Assembly: GCA_963662545.2 (NCBI GenBank)
Contig: CAXXLL010000002.1
Coordinates: forward strand, 704,001-768,000
Direction: 5' to 3'
Source of the DNA: Gammaproteobacteria bacterium
GTDB lineage: Bacteria > Pseudomonadota > Gammaproteobacteria > Ga0077536
DNA: 64,000 nt
Positions 42,094 through 51,122 of this stretch are shown here, one piece after another. A model generated the notes under the pieces. It had not been told where the DNA came from and ran no database searches. It was given only the letters and a program-made list of their open reading frames with translations. Position 1 is the stretch's first letter; each line of letters begins with the position of its first letter. Both the position numbers and the translations under genes were made by a program.

Positions 42094-44668
42094 GTGCCAT
42101 TGAGAGACTGTGCCCGCTACTGGTTCCTGCCTCGCATCCTCGCGCTACTTTTTGTATCGGCGGCGATCTCTGAGGCAGTGTCGGCGCAAACCGATGAATT
42201 AGATCAAGTCCGCAATCTGCTACTCGTTTCCGAAGCCACCTCGGTTGCCCGGGACCTGAGCGTTTCCGACGACATGTTCGATCAAATAGCGGCTGTCGCG
42301 GTGCTGGCCGACGTCGGTGATAAGGCGGCGATCGAGTTTCTCGCCGCTGGGCTTGAGTCTACGGATTTCCTCTACCAACGTGCTGTGGTCGACACACTAT
42401 TGAGTCTGCGCAGCGCAGACGGTGTCGAAGTCTTACGTCGCTATATGGAGGCCGCTGAGGACCTGGGCTTTTTGCGCTATCTGATGGAATCGCTTGCCTC
42501 CCATCCGCTCCCGGTAATGATAAGTTTTCTGGGTCTACGCGGAAACGTGTGGGTTGATATTGGCATTTCTGGGTAGTGGCGGAAGAAATGCCGCAATGAT
42601 TTTCAGTTTGAGGAATTCCTCATCACGATAGCCATAGGCGCGTCGTTGCAGGACCCGGATTTTGTTGTTGACCCCTTCGACCAATCCAAGACTGACTTTA
42701 TTCTTAGCATCACAATAGGAAGCAATGCCATCCCAATGGGATTCAATCAGCTCAGCAAACTTGCGATACGGCGCCAATCGCTGCCATTTCAGACTGTCCT
42801 TCCAGCGCTCGAAAAAGGCACGCGCGCCGCGCTCGGTACGGTAGTCCCAGAGTTGGCCGAAGGTTTCCTTGAGGACGTAGGCGGTGTTCAGACGCCGGTT
42901 GGCCTGGAGCAGTTTTTTCAGGGCTCGTCTGCCATCCAGATTCAGGTTCTCGCGTCGCGAGAGCAAGGTATATCGCTGGCCTTTGATGTAACTCCTGTCC
43001 TTGCCGCGGAGACGTTTGTATTCACGGCGCCGGACTTCATCGAGAGCCTTTGAGAGGTGGCGCATGATATGGAACTTGTCATAGATGATCCGCGCCTGCG
43101 GTGCGTTGTTCATGACCGAGTTACGGAACGGCTTCCACATGTCCATCGCCGCCAGTTCGATGCGAGCGCTCTTGTTCTCGCCCAATGCCTGGAAAAACAG
43201 GTCGATGTCAGCCTCTTTGCGACCTTCACCACCGACCCAGATAGGACGCCCCCGATCCAGGTCACTGACGATGACCCGGTAGTTATGTCCTTTGCGGATG
43301 GAGATCTCATCAATACCGATGGCCCGGGGTGCTGGCATGCCCGCCAGCTCAACCTGCTTTTGCATGTACAGCTTATCGAGGTCTTTCACCGTGCTGTGGT
43401 GCAGGCGTTCCCTCTCGGCGACAGCCTGGTTCGGCATGTCCCGGCACAGCTTGCCCACCTGCATGGCAAAGCGCTGCGTATAGCGAGGGTTCTTTGCCAG
43501 CCAGTCAAGATGTTCTACCTGCACGCCGCCGCACCTCCGGCAACTGACACGCCAGCGTTCGAACTCCAGGTAGATTCGCCATCCGGCAACTGACAGGTCT
43601 CGTACTCGCAGCACCTTCTTGTCGTAACGCCCGCGGCACCGGTGAGCACAGTGAGAACAGATCGCTGTTTTTTTCGCCTCTTGAGTTGGATCACACGGGC
43701 ATACCGATCACCAAACATGCCCACCAATTTCGATGCGGCGGTAAAACCAGGGAACGCAAACAGCGCTCGGATCGACTTGGGATTCTTCATGGCCTTAGCC
43801 TACCCACAAAATGAAACCACTTTCACCCCATACGAAATCTCTGAATGTCTACATGATTTCAATGGTTTACACTTGGTCTAATTCAGAATTTACCCACATG
43901 AATCCGCGTAGACCCAGTTTTCTTATAGAGGCGCTCGACCATTATGACCCAGTGGTTAAAAAGTTCGCCCTGCAATCGCTCTCTCAGTTACATTTTGAGA
44001 ACCACGACTCACGAATTCACCTACTGGCGAGCGATGCCGGAGAAATCGTGCAGGTGCGGGCATACGCCTGGAATGTATTACTGGATTCGCCACATCGGCG
44101 AGAGTCGATCGAACGCCTGCTGGAAATGTCTCGGCTTGGAAGTCCCGAAGCAAAGGAAGTCGTGGCAGTGGCGCTCGGCCGTGTTGACACACCACGAACT
44201 CGCGAAGCATTGGTTGAGTTGATGTCGAGTAACGACAACCGCGTAGCGCTTGCTGCGCTTACAAGTTCTGCCGGGTTGCGGGATGAGGCAGCAGCGCGTG
44301 AGCTCGAATGGACCATCGTTTACGGTGATGGACTTCATCGTGCTGCCGCGGCTGGCGGACTAAAGCGTATCGACCCGGCGGTCGCCTCGCGTGTTACCGA
44401 GAACCTAATGTCCTGTTACCTGCTTGGTCCGTTCACGGGGATGCGCCTTGTCGAAGCGTGGGCCATGATCGATGCCGACCCAAGCACCGTATATGGTTGG
44501 GGTTTGTCCCACGAAGACGAAGGAGTTCGCATGCAGAGCATTTGGTTAATAGGTCAACGTCGCGATGTAGAATACTTAGAACGAGTTGCTGCCTTCCTCC
44601 GCGATCCGAGTCCTGCCATCCGAGGCCTCGCGGCGTGGGCGGTGTTGCGCCTGGCTAGAGGGCCATAG
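42094..44668 (+). pseudogene. HEAT-repeat exported protein interrupted by ISL3 copy 3
   Basis: HEAT-like repeats on both sides; frame restored across the AGTTTTCT duplication (VMISFLIEALD). Confidence 0.8.
42531..43915 (-). mobile_element. ISL3-family IS, copy 3 (transposase 42535-43790)
   Basis: Same IRs; target duplication AGTTTTCT. Confidence 0.95.
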
Positions 44669-44863
44669 CTTATCTAGCCTGTTACCAAAACCCCTGTGAC
44701 GCTCCCGAATGGACCGATTGCTGGCGCTGGCGGCCTAACGCCCACACAAACCGCCATTGGCGTAAAAAGGGGCAAGCACTTATTTTTGTCCGTTCCTATA
44801 TCTTCAAAAGGCAAAGAGGAAATAAGTGCGTCGCCTTTTGGGTGCTGCCGCGAATACGTAAAG

Positions 44864-45010
44864 GGCCGCTATATTGGGTCCATAGCCGCCTCATCGCTAC
44901 AGTGCAGCACCGTTCCAAATCACGTCTGCAATGCGCTCGTAAGCGGTTGTCGAATTGCTTCAAGCGTTAAGTCGAGAGGGTATGACGGTTTTCGGCCACA
45001 AGCAGTCCTT
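44864..45010 (+). repeat. Multi-hairpin repeat copy R15
   Basis: gggtccatagccgcctcatcgctacagtgcagcaccgttccaaatcacgtctgcaatgcgctcgtaagcggttgtc..ggccacaagcagtc. Confidence 0.88.
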
Positions 45011-45137
45011 CGAAAATCGCCTGCCCAGCATCGGTACACGGTGAGAAAAAGGGAAAGGTGCCAGGTTTATTTAGAGCGGTTCGCTAACTACCAAAAATAA
45101 ACCTGATGCCCTTTTCTCAAAACGAGGAAGTCATAAA

Positions 45138-45587
45138 ATGTCAGATAGGGATCAAATATTGAGTTTGCTAAACAAATACAGCCACACCGTAGATGGCGGT
45201 GACATAGATGGGTTTGTCGCGTTATTCGAAAAGGGCGAATGGTACGTCGAAGGCTCTACTCCGAATCGCGGTTCGAAGGAAATTTACGATAACGTCCTGT
45301 CGAAAGTCATTATTTACAAGTGCGGGACGCCCAGAACGAGGCACGTGAATACGAACATCGAATTGTCGATCGATGAAAGCGCGGGTACTGCAAAAGGTCA
45401 ACGTTACGTGACAGTCCTCCAACAAACGGATTCACTTCCTCTTCAACCGATATTTTCAGGGCACTATTTTGACGAGTTCGTTAAAGAAGATGGGAACTGG
45501 CGTTTCGCAAAGACAACCATCCATCGTCCCATGGTTGGCGATATGAGCCAACACCTCACGAATGATGAGTTTATTGACCCGAATTAG
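45138..45587 (+). CDS. SnoaL-like (SnoaL_4) protein
   Basis: TPRTRHVNTN, GHYFDEFVKEDGNWRF. Confidence 0.85.
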   Translation: MSDRDQILSLLNKYSHTVDGGDIDGFVALFEKGEWYVEGSTPNRGSKEIYDNVLSKVIIYKCGTPRTRHVNTNIELSIDESAGTAKGQRYVTVLQQTDSLPLQPIFSGHYFDEFVKEDGNWRFAKTTIHRPMVGDMSQHLTNDEFIDPN

Positions 45588-45719
45588 CGAAAAATAAACG
45601 CGGCTAACAAACCAATGAGCCCGACGCTTGACCTGTCGGTGGCGAATTAGATGTTCAAGGGGTCTGACCCCTTGATTAGCAGCTCATCGTGCCGCGATGA
45701 ATTCTCCTGTATTGACGTC

Positions 45720-46313
45720 CTAGCTGGCCTTCTTGAGTAGGCTGCGGTTCATCTCGAGGTATTCGGGAGGGGGCTTGAGGCCGATCGCCTGTGCCATGCG
45801 GTTAGCGCTCGCGTAAAAACAGGCAGTCGAAGTGACGCTCCAGATGGCTTCGTCGTCGAAGCCTGCATCTCTCATCGTCTGACGGTCGTCGTCGTCGATG
45901 GATTCCGCGTGCTTCAACACCTTGACGACGTAATCGAGCATTGCACGGTGCCGCTGGGAGAGATCGGCGAGCGCGTAGTTTCTCGACAGGTACTCGGTAA
46001 ACATCGTATCCCCGGTTTTTTCGCGTAGCAAGGCGCCGTGATGCGTGGTGCAATAGAAACAACCGTTGGTCGCTGCGCACACCAGCGCGATCATTTCGTG
46101 TTCCAGCTCGCTGAGCCCTGAGTCCGCGCGAAGCACCTCTTTATACGAGGTCATGAATGCCCGCAAGCGCTGGTTGTCGGTCTTGAAGAACTTCAGGAAG
46201 TTGGGCATGAATCCGTAGTTCTTCTCGATGCCCTTGACCAGCGCGGTCATCTCTTCGTCGAGATTGTCGCGATCCTTGATATCGAGCGCATAGGGTCGTT
46301 CTTCGTTGGACAT
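45720..46313 (-). CDS. AhpD/CMD-family peroxidase-related enzyme
   Basis: GFMPN, EMIAL..NGCFYCTTHH. Confidence 0.88.
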   Translation of the reverse strand: MSNEERPYALDIKDRDNLDEEMTALVKGIEKNYGFMPNFLKFFKTDNQRLRAFMTSYKEVLRADSGLSELEHEMIALVCAATNGCFYCTTHHGALLREKTGDTMFTEYLSRNYALADLSQRHRAMLDYVVKVLKHAESIDDDDRQTMRDAGFDDEAIWSVTSTACFYASANRMAQAIGLKPPPEYLEMNRSLLKKAS

Positions 46314-46628
46314 GATTGAGCTCTCCTGGATCGGTGTGGTGGCCGGTTCGCGCCACGGGTATCTATCTGCAATGCTAATTCGCGCGCGCTCGCTGATCTA
46401 CTACTAGTGAGCCTGCCCGTGGCCGCCGCGCGGCAATCGGGACGGCAGCCCGCAACGAGGCCCGGTTCAGACGCATGGCGCTGGTCGCGCCCGCCGGTAT
46501 CCCCCCGCCGGAGGGCGACATCCTGGATATGTACGTGGGCCCTTCCGAGCGCTACCACAGGTGCGCAACCAGCACGGGGAACTCGTGATGGTGTTTACAC
46601 CCTTGCGTATGATCAAAGCCAGCGCTTA

Positions 46629-46792
46629 AGGGACCTCTGAATAAGTCATGGTGCGTCTGAATGGTTCATGCGATGGTCCAGATCAAGACACGAGTCGCCG
46701 GCCATAGTGGGGACTATGGGTAAGGTTCGTAACGTAAGGCTCCGCGATTTCATGGGCAAGGCAGATGGGCCATGACTTTTTCAGAGGTTCTT
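46629..46792. mobile_element. MITE with ~23-bp terminal inverted repeats
   Basis: agggacctctgaataagtcatgg / ccatgactttttcagaggttctt. Confidence 0.7.
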
Positions 46793-46938
46793 TAAAGCAT
46801 CACCTGCTTGAGCGAGACTGGTCGTTGAATTTGCATCGGCGCCACCAAATCCCATTGGATAAATTCGCCAACGCCGTGCGCATCGCCCAGATGATCGGGA
46901 ATTTCCGTTTCTACGTTATTTCCCCCAATTTCGTCTGA

Positions 46939-47640
46939 TTACGCGCTCCGAGTGGTCTTCGGCGAGAAAAAGTAGGCGCCTGCGCCTAGCACGACCACCG
47001 CCAACACCCACTTCAGGGGTCCCCACCAGTTCACCACGCCCACCGAAAACGGAAATACCGAGACATATTCGCGGCCGGTACCGGGATCAACGGCACTCAA
47101 TACACCGATGAACGAACCGGCGGTGTCGAATTTCAAGCTCACGTCGAAATTCCCATTGGGGTAGCGCTGAGACGGGCGGTAAGCGACGGTAGCCGATTCG
47201 ATATCTTCGATCGAACCGAGATCGGTATAAGTGGCGGTAACCCCAATGTTGTTTACGTCACGTAGGATGCGAAAATCAACCGGCATGTCGCGCAATGCCT
47301 GGCTGACGAAATCGAGGACGATAATGGCATCGGCGACGACCGGAATATCTTCGCAAAATTCTTTTGCGCCCCTGACTTTCGGTTGATACCCAGTGAAATG
47401 GGCACGGTAGGGACCGATGCTCATAATGCACCGATCGTCCTCGATCGACACACCGCCGTGCGCATCACCGCGTGTCGGTGCGATCGCGAGTAAAACGAGG
47501 CAACCCAGCATCAAGCGCGAGATGAGTTTATGCGGGTTAGCCTCTAGGTTGGAATCATGCGGCATATTGCTGGTCGGCGTTTGCACGATGAGCCGGGGGG
47601 GCGCAGGAAAGCGCATGCCATAGCGATCTTTTGACAGCAA
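46939..47640 (-). CDS. pmoD: PmoD/AmoD-like periplasmic copper-binding protein (start may be 47565)
   Basis: Signal peptide, HGGVSIEDDRC..HFTGYQP..EFCEDIP, C-terminal TM; directly after the B subunit. Confidence 0.8.
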   Translation of the reverse strand: MLSKDRYGMRFPAPPRLIVQTPTSNMPHDSNLEANPHKLISRLMLGCLVLLAIAPTRGDAHGGVSIEDDRCIMSIGPYRAHFTGYQPKVRGAKEFCEDIPVVADAIIVLDFVSQALRDMPVDFRILRDVNNIGVTATYTDLGSIEDIESATVAYRPSQRYPNGNFDVSLKFDTAGSFIGVLSAVDPGTGREYVSVFPFSVGVVNWWGPLKWVLAVVVLGAGAYFFSPKTTRSA

Positions 47641-47693
47641 CCGTAAAGCATTCCGAAGTCAGGCGCGCCAGCCCGATAATACCGAGGCACCGA

Positions 47694-48923
47694 TTACTCG
47701 AATACCGGAATCAGCGATCCAGCGACTTCGACAATTTCGCGACTGCCGTCGTCACCGTAGAAGAACAGCAACCCGGCGATGACGCTATCGGGATCGTTAA
47801 TCATGCGGGTCAGACGCTGGGTCTCCCATAAAGCATCTTCGGCAAACACCTCGACGCTTTTTGTTTCGCCGGGCGCAATGCCATCATTCACCACCCGCAG
47901 TCCCGCACTCGCGATCAAGTCATGTTCGTCTAACGGTGTGACCGTTCGCACAGCCGGATTGATAAATCGAATGTTTGCCGTCATGAACTCGCCGACGTAA
48001 AGGGTCGCCGGCCCGTTATTCATCACTAAAAGCTCCATTCTGAAGCTGCGGCCGGGAATACGGTAAGTGGCTTTCTCGACCTGCACGTTGACCTTAGATA
48101 CGGGATAAGGTTTGTCGGCCGGTATACTGATCTTAGACGTTCGCAGAGGAATGGTGACGGGAGCCGCGCGCTCGCCCCACATAAAACCCGCGACGATAAT
48201 CAACAACGTGACGGTAATAAACCCGACGGCAACCTTTACATCCCCGTCGGTAATCAGGTCGTCCCCGTCTCCGCCTTTATTCTCGGCTTCCGTTACCGCG
48301 CGAAGACGCGGAACGAGCAACGGACGCTGTCGCAGCCAATAAAAAAGCCACGCCCCGCCGATGACTATCCAAATCAAATGCCAAGCAGCAATCGTGCCCA
48401 GATTGAATCTTTCCAAATCGACTTCGCGCCCGAACATCGTCTCCACCTTGTTCTCGAAATCGTCAAACGAACCGCTTACCTCGACCCAGCGTCCAGGTCC
48501 GGCCAGGGTACCGGCATCCTTGACATTGAGCACCGGATGTACGTGGAAACGTCCCGGCTTGCGGGCCTTTAGTTCGATTGCGAAGCTATAATCCTTGCCC
48601 TGTTCGAGCGAGGTGGACTGCACGGCGCTGATGCCGTCGATATTGGACGATACCCGTACGAAATTCGGTCCCCCGGTCGACACGTTCAAGAATACCCGGT
48701 CCTCAACCGACGGGATCTGCTCCGGCCAATAGCTCGATACGCGTAGGCGTCCCTTAATCTTTACGACTTCTCCAATCGCAACCGTGGGCGGCCCAATTTT
48801 AACGTCATACCAGTTGATGGTGCGCATGCGGGTGGTGGCCTGCATCGCGCGCTCACCGTGCGCGAGCCCCTCCAGCGGCACAAAAACCAGCAAGAACAAC
48901 AGTGCTGCTGCTCGGATCAACAT
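47694..48923 (-). CDS. pmoB: Copper membrane monooxygenase subunit B (PmoB/AmoB family)
   Basis: AHGER..RMRTINWYD, PGRFHVHP, ATYRIPGRS, GEFMTANIRF, DPDSVIAGLLFF. Confidence 0.95.
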   Translation of the reverse strand: MLIRAAALLFLLVFVPLEGLAHGERAMQATTRMRTINWYDVKIGPPTVAIGEVVKIKGRLRVSSYWPEQIPSVEDRVFLNVSTGGPNFVRVSSNIDGISAVQSTSLEQGKDYSFAIELKARKPGRFHVHPVLNVKDAGTLAGPGRWVEVSGSFDDFENKVETMFGREVDLERFNLGTIAAWHLIWIVIGGAWLFYWLRQRPLLVPRLRAVTEAENKGGDGDDLITDGDVKVAVGFITVTLLIIVAGFMWGERAAPVTIPLRTSKISIPADKPYPVSKVNVQVEKATYRIPGRSFRMELLVMNNGPATLYVGEFMTANIRFINPAVRTVTPLDEHDLIASAGLRVVNDGIAPGETKSVEVFAEDALWETQRLTRMINDPDSVIAGLLFFYGDDGSREIVEVAGSLIPVFE

Positions 48924-48955
48924 ATGCCAACCAAGTTAAGACAGTTATTACGGAT

Positions 48956-49690
48956 TCAGGCTTTCGTTATCCAGGTCTGCCTGTTAAGGATCGATCCGAA
49001 CGCCCACGACACATAAAAGACCAAGGTGCAGACGAAACCCGCGAAGACGGCCGTGAGCGGCGTGACCGCATCACCGAAAGTCCGCAATACTGATCGCTCC
49101 ACCAGGCGAATATATTCCGGTAAGCCGGTACGAATATATTCGTAACCGAGAAGGTCTGCCGTCGTCAGCATTTCCCCGTTGTAGTTGATGGGTTCATGGA
49201 AGGCGGCCAGCAACGGCCAGTTAACCGGGTAGACCAACAGCCCCCACAGAAACGCACCCGAGAGGCCGGTCAGGAAGACACTGCGCGTAATAAGCAGCGA
49301 GCAATCGATGAGGATGGCGAGCGGAATGAAGATTGACGGCCAGACAAAGCTCATCGGGTAGCCGGCGAACAGGTGGAAATTCAGGTAGACGCTGAACCAA
49401 CGCATGATCGTGTAGAGCAGCACAACGCCCGTGCAGCCGATGGGCAGCCTGAATCGGGACCAAAATGCAGCGGCGAGCCCGGCGGGAAAGACGAGCAGGG
49501 CCGCTACCGGTAACAGGGGCCAGAAGCGCCGGTCTTTCCAGTCGACCCAGAACTCCCAATCGCCGATCGTCACCGACATGACGAAAACCGTCGCACCCGC
49601 GACGGCAAACAGAATCACGGCGAACAACGCCAGATCGACGTTGCTCTCGAGGTATTCGGTGATTCTGGAACGCTCAGCTACCGTAGCCAC
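48956..49690 (-). CDS. pmoA: Copper membrane monooxygenase subunit A (PmoA/AmoA family)
   Basis: GDWEFWVDWKDRRFWP, YPVNWP, GYEYIRTGLPEYIR..LRTFG. Confidence 0.95.
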   Translation of the reverse strand: MATVAERSRITEYLESNVDLALFAVILFAVAGATVFVMSVTIGDWEFWVDWKDRRFWPLLPVAALLVFPAGLAAAFWSRFRLPIGCTGVVLLYTIMRWFSVYLNFHLFAGYPMSFVWPSIFIPLAILIDCSLLITRSVFLTGLSGAFLWGLLVYPVNWPLLAAFHEPINYNGEMLTTADLLGYEYIRTGLPEYIRLVERSVLRTFGDAVTPLTAVFAGFVCTLVFYVSWAFGSILNRQTWITKA

Positions 49691-49751
49691 AAAAGCCTTT
49701 TACCTCTCGATTCGCGCGTCTGGCGCCGGTCCCGGATACGGCCGACAGAAA

Positions 49752-50534
49752 TCAGGTCTTCGCAACGACCTCGTCGATCAATTCAGTCATGCGCGAGACG
49801 ACGTGTATCACCACGCCACCGAGACCCAGTAATGCGAGCCCCAAGATGGAAAAGCCCCAGTGAATCGACGCATTGAACGTTTCTTCGGCATAGAAGAAAG
49901 TATGGCCCCACTCGTTGTATCCGACGGTCGGCATGATCAGGATCGGGCCGCCGATAGCTATGACCAGCGCGAGCAAGTGCTTTTTATTGTGCATTGGCAG
50001 GCGTGTCTTCGCATACACAAACGACCCGACGCCCGTGATGATCAATGCCGGGATGAGAAGGTAGAAAAGTTCAATATGCGTCGGCGTGAAATCCGTGTCG
50101 CGAATCACCACCTGGTGCCACGCGGCGTCGCTCTCGGCGCCCATCACGCCCGTGATGAACACCACCAGGGTGTATGACGCGAGCCAGGTTATCCACTTGA
50201 AGTATCGGGACAGCTCGATTTCGGGTGTGACCGTATCCCAAGCCCGTTCTCGCGTTTGCCACAAATAGAGCACCACGCCGATCAAAACCACCACGGCGAT
50301 GCCGATCTGGGCGTATAACAACCGCATCCAGTAGACGGCGAATTCGGGTTCGAAATAATCGAGCCCGACCGAGAACGCGTAATTGTGCAGGTAGACGCGG
50401 TAGGCGAAATAGCCCAAGGCGATGCCTGCAATCACCTTGATATATGCGCCCCAGCGAATGACCACAGGGGCGGTCGCGTGCTCGCGGGTCACCGCGTGTT
50501 GATCAGAATCGATGGCGCCGGCAGTTACACTCAT
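49752..50534 (-). CDS. pmoC: Copper membrane monooxygenase subunit C (PmoC/AmoC family)
   Basis: GLDYFEPEF..YWM, DAAWHQVVIRDTDFTPTH, NEWGHTFF..EE.F..IHWGF. Confidence 0.95.
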   Translation of the reverse strand: MSVTAGAIDSDQHAVTREHATAPVVIRWGAYIKVIAGIALGYFAYRVYLHNYAFSVGLDYFEPEFAVYWMRLLYAQIGIAVVVLIGVVLYLWQTRERAWDTVTPEIELSRYFKWITWLASYTLVVFITGVMGAESDAAWHQVVIRDTDFTPTHIELFYLLIPALIITGVGSFVYAKTRLPMHNKKHLLALVIAIGGPILIMPTVGYNEWGHTFFYAEETFNASIHWGFSILGLALLGLGGVVIHVVSRMTELIDEVVAKT

Positions 50535-50569
50535 GATACTGGCTCCTGGTGCGGCATTGGCGGGGGCAA

Positions 50570-50606
50570 TTTAATGATAATCTACTCAATATAATTGTGT
50601 GACAAG
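50570..50606 (-). promoter_or_regulatory. Possible sigma70-type promoter of the CuMMO operon
   Basis: AT-rich patch with TTGTCA followed by TAGATT/GATTAT just upstream of the C subunit; spacing imperfect. Confidence 0.3.
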
Positions 50607-50849
50607 TATACGCACCAAACGGGCCGCAGAGCCAGATACTCAGGAGCGAAGGCTTGTTAATGTCATTGAGATACTAAACCGGACCGAACGCGCCGATTGC
50701 GGATAGCTCCGGCGCTGGTGATGCCTTTGGGTTCGATATGTTCTCGAGTGGGCGGGCGCGATCCCGCGCTCTGGGAATGGCGGGGTCCGCGTTTCGGCGC
50801 GCACACGAAATTCCTCACCGCCGGACGCTTTCCGACCGAGGCCTTGCTC

Positions 50850-51065
50850 AGGGTCGAGCGTGAAAATGCGATGCTGAGCCTGGAAGATGCTCATTGGCGT
50901 TTAGCCGCGCTGCCCGCGCAACTTGCCGGCGTGGCCGAGCGGGGCGTGCTGAACACCGGCGCGCCGGCCGACATCATCGTCTACGACTTGGAAAACCCGG
51001 CGATACTTCCCGCTGAAGTGGTGCACGATTTGTCCGGCGGGGAGTGGCGCCGGATCGCCGCGTAA
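50850..51065 (+). pseudogene. N-acyl-D-amino-acid deacylase C-terminal fragment
   Basis: LSLEDAHWRL..PA..G..ERGVL..GAPADIIVYD. Confidence 0.7.
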
Positions 51066-51122
51066 GATCTCCGGGGCGGTCTCACTCGGGTGCTGATTTT
51101 CTGGTGAAACGGACAACGCATT

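Noticed and set aside
38623-43915. Composite transposon formed by ISL3 copies 2 and 3
   Set aside because: Each copy has its own matching 8-bp target duplication, so they are independent insertions
1678-45010. Repeats as a CRISPR array
   Set aside because: Units are long and diverged, spacers are 0.6-9 kb and contain genes, and no cas genes are present
1835-45100. Short ORFs spanning the repeats (GRQRPDRGSAAL-type peptides, e.g. 1835, 12562, 35709, 44696)
   Set aside because: Peptide similarity comes from the DNA repeat; reading frames and starts are not conserved between copies
46939-50534. Calling the host a methanotroph or ammonia oxidiser
   Set aside because: The pmo symbols indicate family only; sequences are divergent and no downstream pathway genes are in the window
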